64,000 nucleotides of DNA, taken from IMG/VR virus record IMGVR_UViG_3300009183_000073; one strand, given 5' to 3'. The position numbers were made by a program, and so were the translations under genes. Position 1 is the first letter of the stretch. Each line of letters opens with the position of its first letter. This stretch comes from an uncultured virus (IMG/VR IMGVR_UViG_3300009183_000073) (Duplodnaviria; Heunggongvirae; Uroviricota; Caudoviricetes). This document shows, in pieces, positions 39,056-47,889 of this stretch. The notes beneath the pieces were generated by a model, which was not told the DNA's origin, searched no databases, and saw nothing but the letters and a program-made list of their open reading frames with translations.

Positions 39056-40291
39056 ATGAAAGATTACAAATTACTTATAAAGTTTCCAACACGGAGCAGA
39101 CCAGAAAAATTTTTTAATATTCTAGATGAGTATTATAAATTATTAAAAAAACCAAATTATGAATTTGTCGTATCATGCGATATTGATGATTTATCGATGA
39201 ATAACGATGTTGTAAAACAGAAGTTAGATACTTATCCAAATCTTAAATATTATTTTGATAATAATAAATCAAAAATACAAGCAGTAAATAATAATTTATC
39301 GGATAAAATTTTTGATATAGTCCTTTTGGCATCGGACGACATGCTTCCAATAGTAGAAGGATATGATGAAATTATAAGACAAAGGATGGAAGAAAATTTC
39401 CCAGATACTGACGGTGTTTTATGGTTTAATGACGGGTTCCAAGGACAAAATTTAAATACTTTATCTATATTAGGTAAGAAGTACTATGATAGATTTAATT
39501 ATCTTTATCACCCAGCATATAGATCATTGTATCCAGACACAGAATTTACTATAGTAAGTCAACAATTAAAAAAAGCAAAATATTTTGATGAAATTATTAT
39601 AAAACATATTCAGTATTCTATAGTCAAAGAAACACCAGATGAATTATATTTGAGGAATGATAGTTTGGAAAGTGTTGATAGAGCTGTATTTCTCGATAGA
39701 AAAAGTAGGAATTTTGATTTAAATTCTATAAAATTTTCTATAATGATTTGCTCTTTAAAGGCTAGAAAAAAATATCTAGAAAGACTATTAAATATTTTAA
39801 AACCCCAAAAGACGAACGAAGTCGAAGTATTATGTTTGATAGATGAAGGAGAGTTATCTATTGGAGCAAAGAGACAAAAATTATTAAATTCTTCTAAAGG
39901 AAAATATGTAGCATTTATTGATGATGATGATCTCATTTCTGATGATTATGTAAAGTTGATCCTAGAAGGAATAGATAAAAACCCAGATGTTATAGGTATT
40001 CATTTGATCATGAATACCGATGGGAAATTGTCTGGGAAGACGTATCACTCACTTAAGTATGATCATTGGTTTGATAAGAATGGTGATGATCCTTCGTGGA
40101 GATATTACTATAGAAATCCAAATCATCTAAATCCAATTAAAAGAGAGTTGGCTATGAAATCAAAGTATCCTAATATTAGTAATGGTGAAGATAGAGTCTT
40201 CTCTATGAACGTATTACCATTTTTGAAGACAGAACATTATATAGAAAGTCCTATATATTTTTACGAGGTAAGATCACATAAAGAAGTATGA
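39056..40291 (+). CDS. Two-domain glycosyltransferase (two GT-A modules)
   Basis: Domain 1 KFPTRSRP...LASDDM; domain 2 SIGAKRQ...YVAFIDDDD...GED. Confidence 0.8.
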   Translation: MKDYKLLIKFPTRSRPEKFFNILDEYYKLLKKPNYEFVVSCDIDDLSMNNDVVKQKLDTYPNLKYYFDNNKSKIQAVNNNLSDKIFDIVLLASDDMLPIVEGYDEIIRQRMEENFPDTDGVLWFNDGFQGQNLNTLSILGKKYYDRFNYLYHPAYRSLYPDTEFTIVSQQLKKAKYFDEIIIKHIQYSIVKETPDELYLRNDSLESVDRAVFLDRKSRNFDLNSIKFSIMICSLKARKKYLERLLNILKPQKTNEVEVLCLIDEGELSIGAKRQKLLNSSKGKYVAFIDDDDLISDDYVKLILEGIDKNPDVIGIHLIMNTDGKLSGKTYHSLKYDHWFDKNGDDPSWRYYYRNPNHLNPIKRELAMKSKYPNISNGEDRVFSMNVLPFLKTEHYIESPIYFYEVRSHKEV

Positions 40292-41187
40292 AAATAGAAA
40301 ATGTATCAGATAGTTATATAATTTCTAATTATGGTGGAGGAGTAAACACCAAAGAATATTATTATTATTGTGTTAATTTAATTAAAAATTTTTTATGTGA
40401 TACTGAATCAAAATATAATATTTTTTTAAGTACTCATGCTCATGATTTAAACAATTCAAATAAATCAATCAGTATTGACATACAGTTTGAACATACTTTA
40501 GTTAGAAATGGAGGAAGAGGTGTACACCATATAATACATGGAACATCAAAATATGATGATAACGAATGTTATCTAGTGAGAATTGATCGGTATGAATATT
40601 TAAAAAATCTGGATTTCATAATAGAATATAGTTTATCTAATTATTTTAATATACTAAATAGCGGATTTTTTGATGAATTCTGCAAGAAATTAATATGCAT
40701 ACATCCTATGATATATAATATTAATTTTGATAGAAAAACCAAAAAGGATGTAATAACTTTATATACATTAGAAAATCACGAAAGAAGAGCAAGAATTCAT
40801 AATCAAATACTTGACTTAAACATAAATTACAAAAATATAGATAATATATTTTCTGGAGAAGAAATAATAGAGTTATATAAAAACTCAAAAATTTTAGTAA
40901 ACATTCATCAGACCGAACATCATCACACATTTGAAGAACTTAGAACTTTGCCAGCATTATTAAATGGAGTTATAGTAATAAGTGAAAGATCTGGTTTAAC
41001 AGATTGTATTCCGTATGGAAAATATATAATATGGTGTGAGTATCATGAAATAAAAGATAAAGTGAAAGAAGTGTATGAAAATTATGATTATTATTATAAT
41101 AAGATATTTTCTGATGAATCTTTATTGCAGATTTTAAAAAATATGGAAATTCATAATAATAACATTCTAAAAAATTTTATAAAATGA
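40288..41187 (+). CDS. Glycosyltransferase-like (GT-B C-terminal, CgeB-like)
   Basis: SKILVNIH..FEELR..ALLNGVIVISE. Confidence 0.6.
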   Translation: MKIENVSDSYIISNYGGGVNTKEYYYYCVNLIKNFLCDTESKYNIFLSTHAHDLNNSNKSISIDIQFEHTLVRNGGRGVHHIIHGTSKYDDNECYLVRIDRYEYLKNLDFIIEYSLSNYFNILNSGFFDEFCKKLICIHPMIYNINFDRKTKKDVITLYTLENHERRARIHNQILDLNINYKNIDNIFSGEEIIELYKNSKILVNIHQTEHHHTFEELRTLPALLNGVIVISERSGLTDCIPYGKYIIWCEYHEIKDKVKEVYENYDYYYNKIFSDESLLQILKNMEIHNNNILKNFIK

Positions 41188-41933
41188 AAAATTATAATAT
41201 AGCGATCACAACATTCTCTAAAAGATTTGATTATTTAAAAAAATTGTTAGAACAAATAAGAACATATTCTAATAATAAGATTCATTTGATAATAAATGGA
41301 GAAAGGGATGGAAATTTTAATGAAACTTATAGAAAGGATATATTGAATATATGTTCAAATTATGATTTTATATATCCTGTTTTCTTTACTGAGATACGAG
41401 GTCTTACAAAGATGTGGAATACTTCATTGATATTTTCTAATGAAGATGATGTTTTGGTATTAAATGATGATATAGAAATACATTCAGTTGACATCTTTAA
41501 TAAAGCAACTGCAATAATAAACAATTCAAAATATAAGGGTTTATGTCGATTGAATGGAAGTTTTTCACATTTCGTAGCAAATAAAAATGTTATAGGATCT
41601 ATTGGATATTTTGATGAAAGATTGTTGGGGTTTGGGGAAGAAGACGGAGACATAATTTATAGATTAATGAAACATAGAATATCTTTAAATGATGCTCCAG
41701 TTTTTGGTTTAGCTAATATAGTTTGTGATGTAAAACATGAAGATGTTAAAGGACATTCTAATAGCAAGTATTCACAATTTAATAGAGATTTTATATACAC
41801 ACAAAAATACGGAAAAGATTATAGTTCTAAACTTCAAGGAATGTTCGACTATCCGATGAAAGAATTATTAGAAAATGTTAAACAATATCCTTACGAAGAA
41901 TTCTTTAAGGATAATAAGCACAAATTATTTTAA
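41184..41933 (+). CDS. Glycosyltransferase family 2-like
   Basis: RGLTKMWN, LVLNDD, IGYFDERLLGFGEEDGD. Confidence 0.8.
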   Translation: MKNYNIAITTFSKRFDYLKKLLEQIRTYSNNKIHLIINGERDGNFNETYRKDILNICSNYDFIYPVFFTEIRGLTKMWNTSLIFSNEDDVLVLNDDIEIHSVDIFNKATAIINNSKYKGLCRLNGSFSHFVANKNVIGSIGYFDERLLGFGEEDGDIIYRLMKHRISLNDAPVFGLANIVCDVKHEDVKGHSNSKYSQFNRDFIYTQKYGKDYSSKLQGMFDYPMKELLENVKQYPYEEFFKDNKHKLF

Positions 41934-41934
41934 T

Positions 41935-42642
41935 ATGAAACAATGTATAATACGTCAACCAGCAGGGATGGGTGATATTTTTGTCTGTCAAAAAATAGCT
42001 TTAAAGATTTCTGAGAAATATAAAATACCAGTAATATGGCCCGTGATAAAGGAATATTCTTATATAAAAGATTATATTAAAAACGACATCAAATTTATTG
42101 ATGAAAATGATTCGTTTGAATTTAAAGATTTGTATTTAAATTCAACTAGATTAGTGGATAACGAGAATGTTTTATTTATACCATTACACAACGATTCGTA
42201 TCATGCAACTATGGATTGTAAAATATTTGAAAAGAAATATAATAGACTTGGATTGAATTGTCATGATTGGTTAGATTATTTTAATTTTCAAAGAAATAAA
42301 GAAAGAGAAGATCATTTATTTTACGATATTTTAAAATTAAAAGATGGTGATAAGTATAATTTAGTGAATCGTATTTACGCATCTCTACCTAATTCAATTG
42401 TAGCTAACTTTGAGTATCCTAAAGATAAAAAAGTAATAGAAATAAAATTTTACGAAGGTATAAATGTTTTTGATTGGTGTAAGGTTTTTGAAAATGCTCA
42501 TGAAATATATACTACAGATACTTGTTATATCTTATTGGCAGAAAAATTAAAATGTAGTACTCTTAATATCTTTTCAAGAAGAACTGGAAATTGGAGTGAA
42601 ATAGATTATATATTAAATAAAAATTTCAACAAATTATATTAA
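41935..42642 (+). CDS. Glycosyltransferase-like (GT-B; heptosyl/fucosyltransferase-like)
   Basis: Likely ATG at 41935; IRQPAGMGDI; FDWCKVFENAHEIYTTDT. Confidence 0.5.
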   Translation: MKQCIIRQPAGMGDIFVCQKIALKISEKYKIPVIWPVIKEYSYIKDYIKNDIKFIDENDSFEFKDLYLNSTRLVDNENVLFIPLHNDSYHATMDCKIFEKKYNRLGLNCHDWLDYFNFQRNKEREDHLFYDILKLKDGDKYNLVNRIYASLPNSIVANFEYPKDKKVIEIKFYEGINVFDWCKVFENAHEIYTTDTCYILLAEKLKCSTLNIFSRRTGNWSEIDYILNKNFNKLY

Positions 42643-42644
42643 GT

Positions 42645-43142
42645 ATGAATACTATAAATTTTAATGGAAAACCCTATCCAGAATTTCAATCTAAAGGATT
42701 TGCATCACAATTCGCATTTCCCTTTGCTAAACATTTTTGTATAGGAACAGGTTATGATATTGGATGTAATAGAATTGAATGGTCATTTCCAAATTCTATA
42801 CCAATTGATCCAGTGTTAAACGAATACGATGCATATAATTTACCAGATAAAGAAGTCGATTATATTTTTTCTAGTCATTGTTTAGAACATCTACCTAATT
42901 GGGTAGATGCATTAGATTATTGGATTTCTAAACTAAAAAGTGGCGGCGTTTTATTTTTGTATCTTCCTCATTATGATCAAGAATATTGGAGACCTTGGAA
43001 TAATAGAAAACATGTTCATTGTTTTACTCCAAACATTATAAAAGATTATTTGGTTCAAAACAAACTTGTACATACAAACTCTATCTTTGTTAGTGAAAGA
43101 GACTTGAATCATTCGTTCATGGCTGTAGCAGAAAAAATATAA
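42645..43142 (+). CDS. Class I SAM-dependent methyltransferase
   Basis: GYDIGC, DYIFSSHCLEH, LKSGGVLFLYLP. Confidence 0.85.
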   Translation: MNTINFNGKPYPEFQSKGFASQFAFPFAKHFCIGTGYDIGCNRIEWSFPNSIPIDPVLNEYDAYNLPDKEVDYIFSSHCLEHLPNWVDALDYWISKLKSGGVLFLYLPHYDQEYWRPWNNRKHVHCFTPNIIKDYLVQNKLVHTNSIFVSERDLNHSFMAVAEKI

Positions 43143-43143
43143 T

Positions 43144-43773
43144 ATGTTTGATAATTATAAAAAATTAGAAAATGGTTTGATTAAACAAATAAATTTTTTT
43201 AATCAAAAAAGAGTTTATGATGTGGACTATATAAAAAATAGTTATGACAAATATAACGAACTTTCTAAGTATATGTCATATTTAAGATTGGGTTATTTAT
43301 TGGGATCTATAAAAGATAATATTAATACTATTTTAGATGTAGGATATGGAAACGGAGACTTTTTAAAAGTTGCGAAAACTAAAATTTCAAATTGTTACGG
43401 ATTTGAAGTAAATGACTATCCTATTCCTGAAGGATGTGTTCATACAAATGATATATATAACAATGAATTTGATGTAGTTTGTTTTTTTGATGTATTAGAG
43501 CATTTCGAAGACATTTATGAAATTAAAAATTTGAAAACAAAATATATCTACATATCAGTTCCAGAATGTCATTACTTTTCAGATGAATGGTTTTTAAATT
43601 GGAAACACAGAAGACCAGATGAACATTTATGGCATTTTAATTTAAAATCTTTAAAATCTTTTATGAATGAAATAGGATTTGATTACGTTTGTCATTCAAA
43701 CGTAGAAGATATTATAAGAAAACCTACGGATGAAAATTCTAATATATTAACAGCAATATTTAAAAAATGTTAA
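43144..43773 (+). CDS. Class I SAM-dependent methyltransferase
   Basis: ILDVGYGNGDF, FFDVLEH, ISVP, EHLWHF. Confidence 0.85.
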   Translation: MFDNYKKLENGLIKQINFFNQKRVYDVDYIKNSYDKYNELSKYMSYLRLGYLLGSIKDNINTILDVGYGNGDFLKVAKTKISNCYGFEVNDYPIPEGCVHTNDIYNNEFDVVCFFDVLEHFEDIYEIKNLKTKYIYISVPECHYFSDEWFLNWKHRRPDEHLWHFNLKSLKSFMNEIGFDYVCHSNVEDIIRKPTDENSNILTAIFKKC

Positions 43774-44486
43774 ACTTAAATAACTTTGAAAATAAAATAT
43801 ATTCTCAACATGGAGAAGATGGAATAACTATTAAATTAGTTGAAACTATATACGAAAATCCTTTTGAGAAACATTTTGTAGAGTTTGGTGTAGACAATGG
43901 TTTAGAATGCAATGCAAGAATTTTAAGAGAAAAATTTAATTGGAGTGGTTTGATGATGGATGGAGGATTTGAAAATACTCATTTAAATTTAAAGAGAGAA
44001 TTTGTAACTAAAGAAAATGTTTTAGATTTATTCAGAAAATATAATGTACCACATCATATAAATTTTTTATCAATTGATATAGATTATAATGATTTTTATT
44101 GTGCTAAAGAAATTTTAAAAGAACATATTTGTGATATTTTAGTATTTGAATATAATGGAACACATTTACCAACAGAAGATAAAATAATAATTTACAATAA
44201 ATTTTCTGGATGGGATGGATATAATTATTTCGGAGCTTCTTTACTCTCTTGGAAAAAATTAGCTAATTTATATGATTATTCTTTAGTTTGTTGTGATTCT
44301 TCTGGAACTAATTGTTATTTTGTTAATAATAAAATAATTAAAGAAAGAAATTTACAATTTTTAAATTTGGATGATATAAATAGTTTATACAGACCTCCCA
44401 TATATGGAGATGGTCCCAACGGGGGGCATAGAGATGATACATTTAAAAGAACTTATCTTAATTTCGAAACAGCAATATTAAGATAA
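43767..44486 (+). CDS. FkbM-like methyltransferase
   Basis: YSQHGEDGI, FVEFG, WSGLMMDG, LSIDIDYND, FGASL. Confidence 0.75.
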   Translation: MLNLNNFENKIYSQHGEDGITIKLVETIYENPFEKHFVEFGVDNGLECNARILREKFNWSGLMMDGGFENTHLNLKREFVTKENVLDLFRKYNVPHHINFLSIDIDYNDFYCAKEILKEHICDILVFEYNGTHLPTEDKIIIYNKFSGWDGYNYFGASLLSWKKLANLYDYSLVCCDSSGTNCYFVNNKIIKERNLQFLNLDDINSLYRPPIYGDGPNGGHRDDTFKRTYLNFETAILR

Positions 44487-44528
44487 ATTATTTATTGATT
44501 TTATTTGTATGTTTGATATACTTTATAT

Positions 44529-45524
44529 ATGAAGAAAGCATTAGTTTTAGGAGCTGGAGGATTTATTGGCAATCATTTAGTAAATAGATTAAAGTCTGAA
44601 GGATATTGGGTTAGAGCTGCTGATTTAAAATATCCAGAATTCTCTAATACTCTTGCAGATGAATTTTTGATATGTGATTTGAGAGATTATAATAAATGTT
44701 CTCTTTTAATGTTAGCACCTGGCCAACATTCCTTGGATGAAAAGGAAAACGCTTTTGATGAAGTATACCAATTAGCAGCGGATATGGGTGGTGCTGGCTA
44801 TATTTTTAGTGGTGAGAATGATGCGAATTTGATGCATAACTCGGCTCAAATCAATTTAAATATTGCTGAATTATCAAAGCTATTTAATGTAAAAAAAGTT
44901 TTCTATTCTAGTAGCGCCTGTATGTATCCAGCATATAACCAAGAAGATCCAAACAACCCTAAGTGTTCTGAGGATTCTGCTTATCCCGCAGCTCCAGACA
45001 GTGAATATGGTTGGGAAAAACTTTTTAGCGAAAGACTTTATTTGGCGTATGCTAAGAATTATGGCTTGAATGTTCGAATCGCAAGATTCCATAATATTTA
45101 TGGCCCTATGGGGACATGGGATGGTGGAAAAGAAAAAGCACCAGCAGCAATTTGTCGAAAGGTTCTCAAGGCGGAGAATAATTCTTCTATTGAAATATGG
45201 GGTGATGGAACACAGACCAGATCCTTTTTGTATATAGATGAATGTATTGAAGGAATTCTAAGATTGATGGAATCTGATTTTGTTGGTCCTGTAAATATAG
45301 GATCTGATGAAATGGTTACTATAAATGAATTGGTTGATATTGCAACTTCTGTGGAAGGTAAGACTTTAATCAAAAATCATATAGAAGGTCCTTTGGGTGT
45401 AAAAGGAAGAAACTCTGATAACAGTTTGATTAAACAAAAGTTGAATTGGGCACCATATTATCCTTTAAAAAATGGAATAGAAAAAACTTACAATTGGGTT
45501 AAACAACAAATAGAAAATATTTAA
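44529..45524 (+). CDS. NAD-dependent epimerase, GDP-mannose 3,5-epimerase-like
   Basis: GAGGFIG, QLAADMGGAGYI, YSSSACMYP, PDSEYGWEK, GGKEKAPAAICRK, WGDGTQTRSF. Confidence 0.88.
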   Translation: MKKALVLGAGGFIGNHLVNRLKSEGYWVRAADLKYPEFSNTLADEFLICDLRDYNKCSLLMLAPGQHSLDEKENAFDEVYQLAADMGGAGYIFSGENDANLMHNSAQINLNIAELSKLFNVKKVFYSSSACMYPAYNQEDPNNPKCSEDSAYPAAPDSEYGWEKLFSERLYLAYAKNYGLNVRIARFHNIYGPMGTWDGGKEKAPAAICRKVLKAENNSSIEIWGDGTQTRSFLYIDECIEGILRLMESDFVGPVNIGSDEMVTINELVDIATSVEGKTLIKNHIEGPLGVKGRNSDNSLIKQKLNWAPYYPLKNGIEKTYNWVKQQIENI

Positions 45525-45527
45525 ATT

Positions 45528-46185
45528 ATGAATATAAAAATAGGAATTTCTAGTCATAAAAAATTTGTTAATAAAACAACTCCTTTGTTAATTTCTACTT
45601 TGTTGAAAAGTGGTATAAAAAATGAAGATATTTATGTTTTTTGTGGAGGATTTGAAGAAAATAAAAATTTTATAAAAGACGGTATAAATTGTTATACCGT
45701 AACTCATAATTCTTATGAGTACACCTCTTATATAGAGATTCTAGAAAATAAATTGGATTATAATTGGTTTCTAATGCATGATACTTGTTATGTAGGGCCA
45801 GATTTTAAAAAAACTTCTTTACGAAAAAACTTTGCCTGATGCTGATAGAATGTGTATAAAGTCTTGGCCGCCAGCAGGTATGTCTATGGGATATATTAAG
45901 TATGAATATATGTACAGATATCGTACAATTGTTTTAGCATTAAAAAACATGTCAAAATATGAAACTGTTATTTACGAAGATTTAATAACTCGTAGAATGG
46001 AATATGATATACATGGTGTTGTTAAATACTGCCCAGTTTATGGAAACGAAAGATACGAATATCCTCCAAAATCAGGGTATTATGGAACTGATACTAAAAG
46101 AATTTTAGAATACTTTCCTCAATTAGATTTATATAAATTAAAGTCTAATTGGGGTCAATCTGGTCATCATACTAATACATTATGA
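45528..46185 (+). CDS. Glycosyltransferase-like protein split by one extra base in an A7 run
   Basis: HNSYEYT...WFLMHDT; deleting one A at 45807-45813 joins the two ORFs as DFKKLLYEKTLPDADRM. Confidence 0.55.
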
Positions 46186-46559
46186 CCGATACAATTTTTA
46201 ATTATGTAGATTCTGTTCTCTTTAACAAGAAGAAACTAAATACTCTTAATGAAGGAGAAACTCAATTCAGTTTGTATATGCTTAATCGTTGGTGCAGTAT
46301 GTATTCTCCCGACGTTGCACAAATTATTAATGAAACGACAAACCGATATAATAAATCGATTACGTTAAAGCAAGATCAGTACGAATTTTCATACAATATT
46401 TTACCAAAATGTAAAAAAAGGAAAATAGATTATTTAAAAAAGAATAAAACTGAAATAGAAAAGAAAGAAAATAATTTCAAAGTTATTTCCAAAAATTTAG
46501 AGATTTCTGAAAGAGAAGTGTTAAATTATATTGATTTTTTAGAAACATTGCATAATTAA
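46182..46559 (+). CDS. gp62: Clamp loader small subunit (gp62-like)
   Basis: IFNYVDSV..K, FSLYMLNRWCS, QYEF, KKRKIDYLKK, ISEREV. Confidence 0.75.
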   Translation: MTDTIFNYVDSVLFNKKKLNTLNEGETQFSLYMLNRWCSMYSPDVAQIINETTNRYNKSITLKQDQYEFSYNILPKCKKRKIDYLKKNKTEIEKKENNFKVISKNLEISEREVLNYIDFLETLHN

Positions 46560-46563
46560 TTAT

Positions 46564-46977
46564 ATGGCTATAGAAGTACCCTCACACATGGATAACGTAA
46601 AGCACAAGAAAGGCATGATTGATCTTGATGCTAATAGCGAAGGCTTTTTTGGTCTTGATGATTATAAGCTTTCTTTTGTTTTTGATGATATTGTTCTAGT
46701 AGAATTTGTAGATGAAGTAGAAGATTCTAAAGGATCTGCTGTTATGAGAAATGGTTTGTATGTCCCTACAAATGTTAATACTAAAGCATGGAGAAAGGCT
46801 AAAGTTGTTTTGGCTGGACCAAATGTAGTATTCTGTAAAAAGAATGATATTGTAATTTTTCCTAATGATAAGGGAGTTACTGTAGCAAATATGGAGATTG
46901 AAGGATATGGTACAGTAAAGAAGGGTATGTTCTTAAACGAACAAAGATTATTCGGAATTGCTAAGAAAAAGAGTTAA
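46564..46977 (+). CDS. GroES-like co-chaperonin
   Basis: DIVLVE...NGLYVP...AKVVLAGPNV..CKKNDIVIF...FLNEQRLFG pattern. Confidence 0.7.
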   Translation: MAIEVPSHMDNVKHKKGMIDLDANSEGFFGLDDYKLSFVFDDIVLVEFVDEVEDSKGSAVMRNGLYVPTNVNTKAWRKAKVVLAGPNVVFCKKNDIVIFPNDKGVTVANMEIEGYGTVKKGMFLNEQRLFGIAKKKS

Positions 46978-46985
46978 ATACTTAG

Positions 46986-47483
46986 GTGGACGAAACAGAA
47001 GATATCCAACCCAATCAGGAACAGAAAAAAGAGCCAAAAAGGCAAGAAATAAAGCCGTATAAATACGGTACGGAATTCAATAATAAAAGAGTTTCTATGG
47101 CTGAGTTGGACAGCCTTCTGAGAACTAATGTATGTATTATTTCCTTTGTGAGGAAGCATCCAGTATCTGGTAAAAATACTTACAGAAGAATGTTATGTAG
47201 TAATTGTTATGATTTTTTGAATTCGTATAATGGTAAAGTTAAATTAAGTTATCGTCCACCAACACAAGCACCACCTTATAATCCAGCAACATATAATCTT
47301 GTGGTTACATGGGATTTGTTGATGATTGATTATAGAATGGTTAATATGAATGGATGTTTTTTAAGTTATCAATATCCAGTAAATACAAAACAAGAAAGAA
47401 ACATGTTTTGGAGAGATTTGTTTAATAAGACCTTTTTATTGATGTCTCCGCCAGAAAAGTTAGGGTGGATGTCTACTTGGTAG
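46986..47483 (+). CDS. Hypothetical protein (WYL-like/SH3-fold family seen in T4-like phages)
   Basis: LRTNVCIISFVRK...RRMLCS...VVTWD...YRMVN; GTG start 5 nt after TAAATA. Confidence 0.55.
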   Translation: MDETEDIQPNQEQKKEPKRQEIKPYKYGTEFNNKRVSMAELDSLLRTNVCIISFVRKHPVSGKNTYRRMLCSNCYDFLNSYNGKVKLSYRPPTQAPPYNPATYNLVVTWDLLMIDYRMVNMNGCFLSYQYPVNTKQERNMFWRDLFNKTFLLMSPPEKLGWMSTW

Positions 47484-47517
47484 TTGATAAATATTCTTAT
47501 CCATTTAAATAAAATGA

Positions 47518-47877
47518 ATGGATGATACACTGGAACTATTCAATCATTTCTTACAAAGGAATGTAGTTTTTGCTTTGGATAATAAGATAATTAAGGAAGG
47601 CAATCTTTTTTTGTATAAACAAAATGATTATTATTTATTCTTTTATTTAAAGAATAATAATCAAGACCAAAAGAAGTTTGAAATTCCATATCCATTTTCT
47701 ATTAAAAGAGAAAAAAATTATATAATTTTGGATTATAGTTTGAGTGCTATATCAAAAGCAGATCCCGAATTATATTATAGATTGGTATCGTTAAATCAAA
47801 AATCTAGTTGTAGGTACTACAACAACAAAATTTTAGTTTTTGAAAAAAACACCCTTGATTTATCTCTCTTGTCGTAG
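47518..47877 (+). CDS. Hypothetical protein
   Basis: 119 aa; TAAATA 6 nt before ATG. Confidence 0.6.
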   Translation: MDDTLELFNHFLQRNVVFALDNKIIKEGNLFLYKQNDYYLFFYLKNNNQDQKKFEIPYPFSIKREKNYIILDYSLSAISKADPELYYRLVSLNQKSSCRYYNNKILVFEKNTLDLSLLS

Positions 47878-47889
47878 TATCTTCCGTGA

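Noticed and set aside
37543..46185. Host chromosomal LPS/capsule locus or chimeric assembly
   Set aside because: Same composition and promoter geometry as flanking phage genes, overlaps gp62 directly, and lacks export and polymerisation genes.
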